The notes beneath the pieces were generated by a model, which saw only the letters and a program-made list of their open reading frames with translations, made no database searches and was not told the origin of the DNA. The position numbers and the translations under genes are program-made. This document shows, piece after piece, positions 18,957 through 27,899 of a stretch of DNA of 46,550 nt. Within the stretch, counting starts at the first letter, position 1, and each line of letters opens with the position of its first letter. Source of the DNA: Rhodoferax sp. UBA5149 (GTDB lineage Bacteria; Pseudomonadota; Gammaproteobacteria; Burkholderiales; Burkholderiaceae_C); the NCBI RefSeq assembly GCF_002413825.1, contig NZ_DHXT01000043.1, positions 1 through 46,550 of the forward strand, in the 5' to 3' direction.

Positions 18957-19664
18957 CTATTTTTTTAACGTCACCGGTGCGCTTGCCGTAGCGGCGGGTG
19001 GCCGCGGCAAGTCTGCCGGCTCGCGCCATTGGCCGACGCTCTTCAACTCGTCACGTAAAGCCGACTGAAGAAATCCAAGCGCAATGGCTTTGTGGGCCTG
19101 AATCAGGGCTTTGTCGTACTTCTTGAGGTCGAAATAGATCAGGCCTATGTTGTAATGTGAAAAGCCATTGTCTGCGGCCTCCACGGTGGCCAACTCAAGT
19201 TGTCGAATGGCTTCTGGCGTGCGTGAGTTTTTGGAGAGAAACGTGGCGTAGAGCATTCTGGCAATCGTGTCATCGGGGCGAAACCGCACGGCCCGTTCAA
19301 AATAACACGTCACCGAGTAGCCAGTGCCTCGCGGTTGCGGGGATTTCATTTTTTCACCGTAGCGCATCATGGACATCAACGCTCGATGGTGGTTGGGAAA
19401 GGCCCGCAGGGTGTAGTCAAGGTCAGGTCCTGGAAGGACGTTGGTACTGCCCCGTATCAGCGTTTCGACCGCAGGCGTGAAGTGGTATCGCTCAACGATA
19501 CCTAATTTGGACTTGTCAGTACGGTAATCGTACGGGCCATAGCCATTGGCGAGAGACCCGCAAGCCAAATCGCCTGTTTGGGCGTACCCCGGCATAACGC
19601 CAAAAATGGCTATTGACAAGCCGATCAACTGGCAGACGAATCTTTGACTGGGATTGAAATGCAT
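18957..19664 (-). CDS. Exported TPR-containing protein
   Basis: Signal peptide ending GYA; YGPYDYR, DLDYTLRAFPNHHRAL; TPR-like HYNIGLIYFDLKKYDKAL; start approximate. Confidence 0.7.
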   Translation of the reverse strand: MHFNPSQRFVCQLIGLSIAIFGVMPGYAQTGDLACGSLANGYGPYDYRTDKSKLGIVERYHFTPAVETLIRGSTNVLPGPDLDYTLRAFPNHHRALMSMMRYGEKMKSPQPRGTGYSVTCYFERAVRFRPDDTIARMLYATFLSKNSRTPEAIRQLELATVEAADNGFSHYNIGLIYFDLKKYDKALIQAHKAIALGFLQSALRDELKSVGQWREPADLPRPPAATASAPVTLKK

Positions 19665-19841
19665 CAAAGGTGGCTCCCCTTGGTTGAGTAATTGGACCAT
19701 CTTGCAAGTGTATGGGGCTGGCCGTGGGCGAGCGTTTACGGGCCACGCCCTGAATCCTGGGCATACAGACTTTCAAGCTACCATAGCCTACTGATGAAAG
19801 CAATCTGCCAAAGTGATAATCGTCAAGGAACTCGTTAAACA

Positions 19842-20540
19842 ATGAGTCTCTCCGTTTGGCAACGCCTGAATTTTCTGGTTCGCGAATTGGGCATCTCCAC
19901 CGCATTTTTGTATTTATTGGATCGTCTATTGCGTCGAATCAGCAGCACATGCGGTCTTTGCTACTACCTCTTCGTCGCTCAACCTTTGGCCGATCAGCCC
20001 CGCCTGCCGCCGATGCGCGGCAAGTCATTCACATTTCGGCTGCTACAAGGCCCCGCGCCTGTTTTGAATCGCTTGGATCGTCCACCGGCGGTGATAAACC
20101 AGCGCTTTATCCAGGGCGCCCAGTGCCTGGTTGCGACCAAAAATGACCTGCTGGTGGGCTGCATCTGGTTCATTCGCGGTGCTTACGTTGAAGATGAAGT
20201 ACGTGTCGATTATTTGCTGCAGAACGACGGGCGCTGTGTCTGGGATTTTGATGTTTTTGTGGCCGAGTCGGAGCGTCTGGGTTTCCTCTTTGCCAAGCAA
20301 TGGGATGCTTTTGATGCGTTGCTCAAGCCGCAAGGTATACGTTATACCGTGAGCCGAATCAATGCGTTTAATCAGCGCTCTATTGCATCGCACCGCAGTT
20401 TGGGGGCAAAAGACTGTGGGCGCGCACTGTTTTTGCGGCTGGGGCCGTATCAATGGATGCTGTCCAGCCAACGCCCATTCATTGCTTTCGGGGGGCGTCC
20501 AAAACTGCACATAGGCCCGAAAGGACCACCAGAGTCTTGA
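19842..20540 (+). CDS. GNAT-like acyltransferase
   Basis: LVGCIW, WDFDVFV...RLG, SRINAFNQRSIASHRSLG resemble GNAT motifs A/B. Confidence 0.6.
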   Translation: MSLSVWQRLNFLVRELGISTAFLYLLDRLLRRISSTCGLCYYLFVAQPLADQPRLPPMRGKSFTFRLLQGPAPVLNRLDRPPAVINQRFIQGAQCLVATKNDLLVGCIWFIRGAYVEDEVRVDYLLQNDGRCVWDFDVFVAESERLGFLFAKQWDAFDALLKPQGIRYTVSRINAFNQRSIASHRSLGAKDCGRALFLRLGPYQWMLSSQRPFIAFGGRPKLHIGPKGPPES

Positions 20541-20543
20541 GGT

Positions 20544-21410
20544 TCAAGCTCTCTGGTCGGGTTGTTGCAGACTTTTTGTCAGCGTCAATTCTTCTGCCTT
20601 GGTGCGAGAGGCCAGGCTGGAAAATGTGTGGTCCGCATCCTGCAACTCATGGCGAACCAAACGCGGATGCGTTAATGCGTTGGTCCAGGCGGCGTCCGTG
20701 TGCACGTACTCCAGAAATTCTTTGGCCGTGTAGTCGTCGCCACTCAGGAGTAGCAAAATATTGCCATTGAAGGCATCCCAAGCGGCCGCCATGCGATGCT
20801 GAAAGGGCATGAGAGATGTCGTTGCTCCGGAATGCCGCGCACCTGTCAACGCGACTCGAATAGTTTGCATCAGGCCAGGCAGGGCTTGCAAAGTGACTCC
20901 CCCGTGAAGCAGCTTGGTCCAAAACTCTTTTTGCCTCAATCTCCGGGTGTAGTAGTGCTTGACCTGGGTGCGCGCCAGGCTGGTCTCGGAGCGCACCCAC
21001 GGGTTCAACAGGCACAGGCCACTGACGCGCGGGTCATGGGTTTCGTGGCAGTAGAGCAGGGCGGCCGAGGCGCCGTCACACAGGCCCCAAAGCACCATTT
21101 GTTTGATGGCGGGCAGGCGCTGTTGCAGTGCGTCAATGGCGGCGGCAATGTCGGCGCTCACCGCTTCAAAATTTCGCGGTTCACCTTCGCTGTCACCCAT
21201 GCCCCGGTAGTCAAAGCGCAGCACCGCGTAGCCAGCCGCGGCCAGCGTGCGCGACAACAGTACAAACTGCCGGTGGCTGCCGACCCGGTACTGTGGTCCA
21301 CCCACGATCACGACCACACCGACCTCTGACGGTATTTCAGGTTTGGCCAGAATGCCCAGCAAGGTGTCGCCTTCGCAGGCGAAGAGGGTGGTCTCTTCGG
21401 TGTAGGTCAT
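20544..21410 (-). CDS. Hydrolase 1, exosortase A system-associated (alpha/beta fold, TIGR03100-like)
   Basis: VVGGPQYRVGSHRQF, FDYRGMGDSEG, WGLCDGAS, LLNPWVR, ADHTFS. Confidence 0.92.
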   Translation of the reverse strand: MTYTEETTLFACEGDTLLGILAKPEIPSEVGVVVIVGGPQYRVGSHRQFVLLSRTLAAAGYAVLRFDYRGMGDSEGEPRNFEAVSADIAAAIDALQQRLPAIKQMVLWGLCDGASAALLYCHETHDPRVSGLCLLNPWVRSETSLARTQVKHYYTRRLRQKEFWTKLLHGGVTLQALPGLMQTIRVALTGARHSGATTSLMPFQHRMAAAWDAFNGNILLLLSGDDYTAKEFLEYVHTDAAWTNALTHPRLVRHELQDADHTFSSLASRTKAEELTLTKSLQQPDQRA

Positions 21411-21620
21411 GTCGGAAAATTTTAGGGCGAGGCCTTATAGAAATTGATGCCGAATGTTAGAACCAATTCGGGTTTTGGCCATTTGTGTACCCAATTCGAT
21501 AACGGCAGATTGTCAGGCAACCGCACTTGACGCATCAAACGTCCTTCTCTTTTTGCAAGGCGAACCAGGAGTTGGTTGGGTCCAGCAGAGAGGACTTGCA
21601 CCCCCGCAGGGAGCACCTTG

Positions 21621-21648
21621 AAAAAAGGCCCGCAATGGCGGGCCTTTT
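21621..21648 (-). terminator. Rho-independent terminator of the PEP-CTERM gene
   Basis: Perfect inverted repeat AAAAGGCCCGC-AATG-GCGGGCCTTTT with a T6 run on the minus strand, 17 bp after the stop. Confidence 0.9.
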
Positions 21649-21665
21649 CACGGCGAGGCCGAAGC

Positions 21666-22418
21666 TCAGACCTTGCGTCGACGGGATACGGCCAGAGCGG
21701 CAAGGGCCAGGCCGAAGAGGGCGAGGGAGGCGGGTTCGGGAATGGCATTGCCGAACACCTGTACATTCACGTCTGAGGACTTGTCCCAGCCTCCACCTGG
21801 GTCGCTCGAACTCCACGCCCCGACACTGAGCGGGTCGACTACACCACCAAGAACATTTGCGAAAAGCATCAGGTTGTCTGCCCCATCTTGCGGCGATCCA
21901 CTCAATGCGGCGTTGGACGCATGAACAAATGGAACAGAGGTACCTTGCCCAGAGGCGGCAGAACCAGTTCCATCAAGGAAGAAGTCATAAGTTTGGCCGG
22001 CTCCCAATGTAATATTGACGGCAAAATCGATCTGGTGCATGGCAATCATCGAGCCAGAGCTGCCTTGGTACAGGCTTGAGCTTGGATCCGCGTAAGTTGC
22101 GTCCGATATGACGCCAATGGTTGAACCATCAACGCCACCCCGAAGAACCGTCGTGTCAGTTTTGCCTACCGTCCACAGCCGAATCAAGTCGATGTTCCAT
22201 GTTTGCAAGCTTGTATTTGTAAAAGTATCGCCAACCAACCAGTAGTCAGGCGACGTGTATGCCGAAAATGCCCAAGCAACATTGGAGCGGTTGGAGCCGG
22301 CGACGTTGTTCAAGTTGGCCGTCGGCAAACCCCGATCCACGAGCAACGGCGCAGCGATGACGGTGCCGGAGAGCGCGGCGGTCAGCAGCGCGACAGTAAT
22401 ACATGATGATCGAAACAT
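21666..22418 (-). CDS. PEP-CTERM protein-sorting domain protein
   Basis: Signal peptide; Ser/Thr/Gly-rich body; C-terminal IPEPASLALFGLALAALAVSRRRKV; CAGGAG RBS. Confidence 0.95.
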   Translation of the reverse strand: MFRSSCITVALLTAALSGTVIAAPLLVDRGLPTANLNNVAGSNRSNVAWAFSAYTSPDYWLVGDTFTNTSLQTWNIDLIRLWTVGKTDTTVLRGGVDGSTIGVISDATYADPSSSLYQGSSGSMIAMHQIDFAVNITLGAGQTYDFFLDGTGSAASGQGTSVPFVHASNAALSGSPQDGADNLMLFANVLGGVVDPLSVGAWSSSDPGGGWDKSSDVNVQVFGNAIPEPASLALFGLALAALAVSRRRKV

Positions 22419-22471
22419 TGAGGTCTCCTGGTATGGGTTACCCAAAAAATAGGGGTGCCGTAACAAAATGT

Positions 22472-22518
22472 TGCACGATGTGTGCCACATATTCAGGAAA
22501 ATCTGCAAGTCATTGTTT
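22472..22518 (-). promoter_or_regulatory. Sigma54 promoter and IHF-like site of the PEP-CTERM gene
   Basis: Minus strand TGGCACACATCGTGCA (GG-N10-GC, 22487-22472); AAACAATGACTTG (22518-22506) resembles WATCAANNNNTTR. Confidence 0.8.
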
Positions 22519-22761
22519 TCATTGAATTAATTTGTGAAATTCACCATTTTTTAGCCGCCGACCGTCGCCCTCGGTATCCACCTGTCAGCCTTGCAATCCC
22601 CACACATTGGCGGGTGACAAATTCCAGTAATCCGTCAATCGGCCCTCCAAGAATCGCATGATCTCCAATGCAGGCAATTCCAGCGGAATTTTTGACGCGA
22701 TTTCAGCCGAGACACCCAACACAATGCGGGGGGTGGCATTTCTCAACCTTCGGCGCGCAAG

Positions 22762-22778
22762 TGTAAAAAATCCCGACA
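22762..22778. promoter_or_regulatory. Candidate PrsR enhancer box
   Basis: TGTAAAAAATCCCGACA (TGT-N11-ACA), related to the boxes at 9088 and 37710; assignment to PrsR is inference. Confidence 0.55.
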
Positions 22779-22811
22779 ATTTGGCCGAAATGGGCCTGCT
22801 GGGACGCGCCC

Positions 22812-23669
22812 TTAGCGCTGCGTGACGCGGCGCAGTACGACCAGCAAGCCTCTGCGATCGGGTACGCCGGTGCGCTGTTCCAACGCTGCCAAATGCTCAT
22901 TGGCCGTGTGGCGCGAGATGCCCATCGCCCGTGCGGCACCTGCCAGAGTCTGGTCCGCCAGCAAATGGGCGGCAAGTTCGCTTTGGCGTGGTGTCAGTCG
23001 CAGTTGTTCGGCCAACGCCAGGGCGAGTTCCATCGGGTCCGGCGCGTCCAGCAGCGCGGTGACGGCGATGTGCGTGGCATCGGACAGCGCCCGCAACATA
23101 AAGCTCACGCGCCTGCCGTTGCCGTCGGTCCAGGGAAGTCGCGTGCGTGCACCCGCTTTGGCTAGTGCCTTGAGCAACGCGCGGGCCCCACCCGGGCCCG
23201 CCAGCTCCAGCCGCGTACCCACCAGGCTGACGCGCTCGCCAGACTGGGTTAGCGCCTTGGCCGCCGTGTTGGCCTCGCGCACCTGGGCATTGCGGTCAAC
23301 GATCCAGGTGGGTGGCAGCTGATCAAACAGCCCGGCCTGCAGCGTCTTGTGGGCCGCCGCCGCCGCAGTGTGCATGTGCGCCGCGAATGCCGCGCAGAGG
23401 GCGCCATTGAGCGACGCGTCGTCACCACATTCATCGCCGTAGTTGGCGCAGTGTGTCAGGCACCCCGCCAGCGCCGCCAGATCGTCAGGGCCCAGTGGCG
23501 CGTCAGGCGCCAGATCGAGCACGCCATGGCACGGCGTGCAATCTTGAAAGGCCAGCAGGGTTTCGCGCCAGACATCCGGATTGGCGCGCGCTGTGTGCAG
23601 GCGCGCCGCCAGTTGCAGCAACATCGGCACCTTTTCGAGTGAATGACGATCAGGCTGATTCGATTTCAT
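22812..23669 (-). CDS. LuxR-type HTH transcriptional regulator with PAS-like segment
   Basis: C-terminal LTPRQSELA...AARAMGISRHTANEHL; IVDRNAQVREAN PAS-like; start uncertain (23693/23669/23624). Confidence 0.75.
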   Translation of the reverse strand: MKSNQPDRHSLEKVPMLLQLAARLHTARANPDVWRETLLAFQDCTPCHGVLDLAPDAPLGPDDLAALAGCLTHCANYGDECGDDASLNGALCAAFAAHMHTAAAAAHKTLQAGLFDQLPPTWIVDRNAQVREANTAAKALTQSGERVSLVGTRLELAGPGGARALLKALAKAGARTRLPWTDGNGRRVSFMLRALSDATHIAVTALLDAPDPMELALALAEQLRLTPRQSELAAHLLADQTLAGAARAMGISRHTANEHLAALEQRTGVPDRRGLLVVLRRVTQR

Positions 23670-23722
23670 TGGCACTTTTTTTTGCTCCCTCATTAGGCAT
23701 CACAGTGAGGTGTGCCAATTTT

Positions 23723-24595
23723 TCAATCGTTACAGACGGCGGCCGTGGTGGCGGTAATCAAGGCCGGAGCATCTTCCATTTCGGTGGTTTGCCAGAACGC
23801 CGGACCATGCACGATGTGGCTGCCAACCCTGTAACCCGCTTGCTGCCACTGGGTGATGGTTTGGGTCGAGACTGGGCTCAAGCCTGCATCCTCGCGCGTG
23901 GACAGTTCGAACCATTCCAGTCGCTGTGTCGGGCCTCGGGCGGCAGGTGGCACCAGAGCCGCTTGCTCCAGGCCAGATGCAAGTCCAGGTGAAAGCAGGT
24001 AGCCCGCAATTTCTACCGGTGAGCCATTGGCCAGCTGCTGGCGCATGCCTTCCATGACGCCCTTGGCCTGGCCGCCCAGCAGGTCGCCCGCCACTTTGAG
24101 GCGCAAGAACTGTTGCAGCAGCGGCTTGCCGGCAGCGGGCGGCTGCCAGAACAGAAAGTTGCAGGGCGCGCCAAGCTGCCTGGCCGCCTCCACCGCCAGC
24201 AGGCAGCCACCGCGCAGGCCCCACAGCCACAGCGGCAGTTGGCCCGAATCCGCGCCAGGTGTGTTGCTTTGCTTGCGCAGCCAATGGCAGCCTTGCAGCA
24301 CGTCGCTCACCCAGCTTTGCCAGCTGGCGTCGCCAAAGTCGCCCGAACTGTCGCCACAACCGAGCAGGTCCATCTGCAGCACCGCGTAACCCGCCCGAGC
24401 CAGCGCACGCGCCTGCAAGGCCGCCATGTGGCGGGCCTTATTCATCTCTTCGGCAAAGGGGTGGATGTACAGCACCAAGCCGCGGGCTGCACCGCCACTC
24501 GCGCCACATTCAGCCGGGTAAAACAGGCAAAAACGCTGGTCGTTTTGAGTGGTCTGCGCCGCCCCGGCAGGCAGAAAAAAAGCCTCCGGCTGCAC
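23723..24595 (-). CDS. Hydrolase 2, exosortase A system-associated (TIGR03101-like)
   Basis: PFAEEMNKAR, DLLGCGDSSGDF, LWGLRGG, QQFLRL, EIAGY, GPAFWQT. Confidence 0.92.
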   Translation of the reverse strand: MQPEAFFLPAGAAQTTQNDQRFCLFYPAECGASGGAARGLVLYIHPFAEEMNKARHMAALQARALARAGYAVLQMDLLGCGDSSGDFGDASWQSWVSDVLQGCHWLRKQSNTPGADSGQLPLWLWGLRGGCLLAVEAARQLGAPCNFLFWQPPAAGKPLLQQFLRLKVAGDLLGGQAKGVMEGMRQQLANGSPVEIAGYLLSPGLASGLEQAALVPPAARGPTQRLEWFELSTREDAGLSPVSTQTITQWQQAGYRVGSHIVHGPAFWQTTEMEDAPALITATTAAVCND

Positions 24596-24607
24596 AGGCG
24601 GGCCGTG

Positions 24608-24859
24608 TTAAGTAGCCAGTTTGCTGCTGACAAAGTCAGTCAGCGAGCCCACCGTGGCAAAGGTTGATCCATCGATGTCGTCATCGTCAACCACCAGGCC
24701 AAACTGTTCTTCGAGGGTGGTGATGAGCGTCACGACGGCCATTGAATCCAGCTCCGGGATGGCGCCCAACAACGGGGTGTCGCGCGTGAAGGTGGCCGTG
24801 CGCCCCTTCAGACTTAGAACTTCGTCAACAACGCGAAGTACTTCTTGTGATATGTTCAA
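24608..24859 (-). CDS. Acyl carrier protein
   Basis: 83 aa, acidic; PELDSMAVV phosphopantetheine-attachment Ser; TTG start with GGGAG RBS. Confidence 0.92.
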   Translation of the reverse strand: MNISQEVLRVVDEVLSLKGRTATFTRDTPLLGAIPELDSMAVVTLITTLEEQFGLVVDDDDIDGSTFATVGSLTDFVSSKLAT

Positions 24860-24986
24860 TTAAATCTCCCTGGGAGGCAATTTCGCCGATCAGGATTATT
24901 CTAGGGTTCAAAAGCGCGTGCGGGTTGTGTGATGTCTTGTGTCCGCATGGTTTTTCTCAATTGGCATGATTTTTTCTTGAATTTCT

Positions 24987-26603
24987 ATGACCGAATCCAC
25001 ACTCCTACCCGAACTGATAACCCTGGCGGCCCAGCGCACGCCGCAGGCGATTGCACTGACCAGTGGCACCTCACATTTGAGTTACGCAGAGCTCAGCACC
25101 AGCGTCAGCCAGTTTGCCGCTGGCTTGTTGGGCCTGGGCCTGGCTCGCGGTGAGCGGGTCGCCATTTATCTTGAAAAACGTTTCGAAACTGTCATCGCCA
25201 GTTTTGGCGCCCCGGCGGCCGGGGCGGTGTTTGTGCCAGTCAACCCGCTGCTGAAACCGGAGCAGGTGGCATTTATTTTGCGCGACTGCAATGTGCGCGT
25301 GCTGGTGACGTCGCCGGAGCGTCTGGCCTTGATGAAGGAGGTGCTGGCTGAGTGCCATGACCTGCGCCATGTGGTGGTGACCGATGCTGTGGCTCCTTCA
25401 ACCCCAGCCGACTTCACCCTGCCCGGCCCGTTGGCCTTGGTCTCCTGGCGTGACTTGCTCAACAGCCCGGCCCGGCCTGGGCACCGCGTGATTGACGTCG
25501 ACATGGTGGCCATTCTTTACACCTCGGGCAGCACCGGCAGGCCCAAAGGCGTGGTGCTGTCGCACCGCAACATGGTAGCGGGTGCCAAGAGCGTGGCGTC
25601 TTACCTGGAGAACAAGCCCGAAGACGTGCTGCTGGCGGCGCTGCCTTTGTCGTTTGATGCGGGCTTCAGCCAGCTGACGACGGCATTTCATGCGGGTGCG
25701 CGGGTGGTGTTGCTGAACTACCTGATGCCGCGCGATGTGCTCAAGGCCATGGAGCGGGAAAAAGTGACCGGTCTGACCGCCGTGCCACCCCTCTACATCC
25801 AGTTGACACAACTGGAGTGGCCCGCGTCTATCAACGGGAATTTGCGCTATTTCGCCAACACCGGCGGACGCATGCCACGTGAAACGCTCACCTCCTTGCG
25901 CCAGCGGGTGCCCAAAGCCAAACCATTCCTGATGTATGGTCTGACCGAAGCTTTTCGATCAACCTACCTGCCGCCGGACGAAGTTGACCGGCGCCCCGAT
26001 TCGATCGGCAAGGCCATTCCGAATGCTGAAATTTTGGTGCTGCGGGAGGATGGCTCCCCGTGCAGTCCGGAAGAGCCTGGTGAGCTGGTGCACCGCGGCG
26101 CGCTGGTCGGCATGGGTTACTGGAACGATGCCGACAAGACGGCGGAGCGCTACAAGTTATTGGCGTCAGACGCGCCGGGGCGGCAGTCGGGCTTGCAGCT
26201 GCCCGAGTACGCGGTTTTTTCGGGCGACACGGTGCGCATGGATGCCGACGGGTTTTTGTACTTCATCGGCCGACGCGATGAAATGATGAAAACATCCGGT
26301 TACCGGGTGAGTCCCACCGAAGTGGAAGAAATTTTGTACGCCACTCAACTGGTAGGAGAGTGCGTGGCTTTTGGCGTGGATCATCCCACGCTCGGTCATG
26401 CTATACATGTGATAGCTACTCCCTCAGGTTCTACGCGGGCTACAGACCTAAATGTCTTGATGTCTGAATGCCGCACCCGGATGCCCGCCTACATGGTGCC
26501 AGCAGGCATTGAGGTCGTCGCAGGGCCGCTACCGCGCAATCCCAATGGCAAAATCGACCGGAAATTACTGTCAACCGAGTGGTTGGAGCGCCATGCACCT
26601 TAG
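24987..26603 (+). CDS. Acyl-CoA ligase (AMP-forming), exosortase A-associated (TIGR03098-like)
   Basis: YTSGSTGRPKG, LSFDAG, MYGLTEAFRS, SGD, GRRD, PNGKIDR. Confidence 0.93.
   Translation: MTESTLLPELITLAAQRTPQAIALTSGTSHLSYAELSTSVSQFAAGLLGLGLARGERVAIYLEKRFETVIASFGAPAAGAVFVPVNPLLKPEQVAFILRDCNVRVLVTSPERLALMKEVLAECHDLRHVVVTDAVAPSTPADFTLPGPLALVSWRDLLNSPARPGHRVIDVDMVAILYTSGSTGRPKGVVLSHRNMVAGAKSVASYLENKPEDVLLAALPLSFDAGFSQLTTAFHAGARVVLLNYLMPRDVLKAMEREKVTGLTAVPPLYIQLTQLEWPASINGNLRYFANTGGRMPRETLTSLRQRVPKAKPFLMYGLTEAFRSTYLPPDEVDRRPDSIGKAIPNAEILVLREDGSPCSPEEPGELVHRGALVGMGYWNDADKTAERYKLLASDAPGRQSGLQLPEYAVFSGDTVRMDADGFLYFIGRRDEMMKTSGYRVSPTEVEEILYATQLVGECVAFGVDHPTLGHAIHVIATPSGSTRATDLNVLMSECRTRMPAYMVPAGIEVVAGPLPRNPNGKIDRKLLSTEWLERHAP
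26399..26459 (+). repeat. ~61-bp dispersed element, copy B (in-frame inside the acyl-CoA ligase gene)
   Basis: TGCTAT-ACATGTG-ATAGC-N15-TACGCGGGCT-ACAGACCTAAATGTCTTG; encodes AIHVIATPSGSTRATDLNVL. Confidence 0.65.
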
Positions 26604-26644
26604 CCGCATGGCCCTGACCTGAACTTCAAAGCCGAATCAAATTT

Positions 26645-27889
26645 ATGTCAGTTACTGAACGCCAATTGCCTGTGCATGCCCCCATGAACCAGTTCTCCGT
26701 CAGCGATGGAGAACTGGTGGTCGGTGGTGAGCGTTTGTCATTGCTTGCCGCCAGAGTGGGGCAAACGCCTTTTTATGCCTACGACCGCTCGCTCTTGCGC
26801 GCACGGGTGGCCGAGTTGCGCCAGGTGCTGCCTGCCCGGGTGAAGCTTCACTACGCGATGAAGGCCAACCCGATGCCAGCGCTTGTCGGCTTGATGGTCA
26901 GTTTGGTGGATGGGATTGACGTGGCCTCCGCGGGCGAGTTGAAGGTCGCACTGGATGCCGGTGCCAACCCGCTGGAAGTCAGCTTTGCCGGGCCTGGCAA
27001 GCGCGACGCCGAGTTGCGCCAGGCGGTGGCGTCCGGCGTGCTGATCAATGTTGAATCGTTTCGCGAAGTCGTGGCACTGGAGGCGATCTCCAGCGAACTG
27101 GGCCTGCGGGCCCGGGTGGCGGTGCGCGTCAACCCGGACTTTGAACTCAAAGGTTCGGGCATGAAAATGGGCGGGGGCCCGAAGCAGTTTGGCGTCGATG
27201 TGGAGCAGATGCCTGCGCTGCTGGCGGACATCGGCCGCGCCGGTCTGGCCTTTGAAGGTTTTCATTTGTTCGCCGGTTCACAGAATTTGCGGTCAGAATC
27301 CATCTGCGAAGCGCAACAAAAATCCTACGAACTGGCCGTGCGGCTGGCACAGGACGCGCCAATGCCGGTGCGCTTCCTGAATTTGGGGGGTGGTTTTGGT
27401 ATCCCCTACTTTCCGGGTGAACAAAGACTTGATCTGGCGTCCATTGGAGACAACTTGGCTCGGCTCGTCCAACGTGCCCAAACTGAACTGCCCGAAGCTT
27501 CGTTGGTGATCGAACTGGGCCGTTACCTGGTGGGTGAGGCCGGTGTTTACGTGGCGCGTATTGTGGACCGCAAGATCTCGCGCGGACAAGTGTATTTGGT
27601 GACCGACGGCGGACTGCATCACCATTTGTCTGCGTCCGGTAACTTTGGACAGGTGGTGCGGAAAAACTATCCTGTCACGATTGGCAGCCAGGCCGATTCG
27701 CTGGACAAAGAAACTTCGTCTGTGGTCGGGCCGTTGTGTACCCCGCTGGACCTGCTGGCTGACCGCATGACCTTACCCGTGGCGCAGGTCGGTGATTTGG
27801 TGGTGGTGTTCCAGTCGGGCGCCTACGGTGCAAGTGCCAGTCCGCAGGGGTTTTTGGGGCATCCAGTTTGCCTCGAAGTTCTTGTTTAG
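26645..27889 (+). CDS. Pyridoxal-dependent decarboxylase, exosortase A-associated (TIGR03099-like; Orn/DAP/Arg decarboxylase fold)
   Basis: HYAMKAN PLP lysine, DVASAGE, LNLGGGFG, ELGRY, GPLCTPLD, GAYG. Confidence 0.93.
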   Translation: MSVTERQLPVHAPMNQFSVSDGELVVGGERLSLLAARVGQTPFYAYDRSLLRARVAELRQVLPARVKLHYAMKANPMPALVGLMVSLVDGIDVASAGELKVALDAGANPLEVSFAGPGKRDAELRQAVASGVLINVESFREVVALEAISSELGLRARVAVRVNPDFELKGSGMKMGGGPKQFGVDVEQMPALLADIGRAGLAFEGFHLFAGSQNLRSESICEAQQKSYELAVRLAQDAPMPVRFLNLGGGFGIPYFPGEQRLDLASIGDNLARLVQRAQTELPEASLVIELGRYLVGEAGVYVARIVDRKISRGQVYLVTDGGLHHHLSASGNFGQVVRKNYPVTIGSQADSLDKETSSVVGPLCTPLDLLADRMTLPVAQVGDLVVVFQSGAYGASASPQGFLGHPVCLEVLV

Positions 27890-27899
27890 GGGCAGTCCC

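Noticed and set aside
23670-23686. TGGCAC-T8-GC sigma54-like sequence
   Set aside because: GG-to-GC spacing is 11 rather than 10 and it points antisense into hydrolase 2
24962-24977. TGGCATGATTTTTTCT as sigma54 promoter for the ligase
   Set aside because: The -12 position is TC not GC, and it is too close to the start codon
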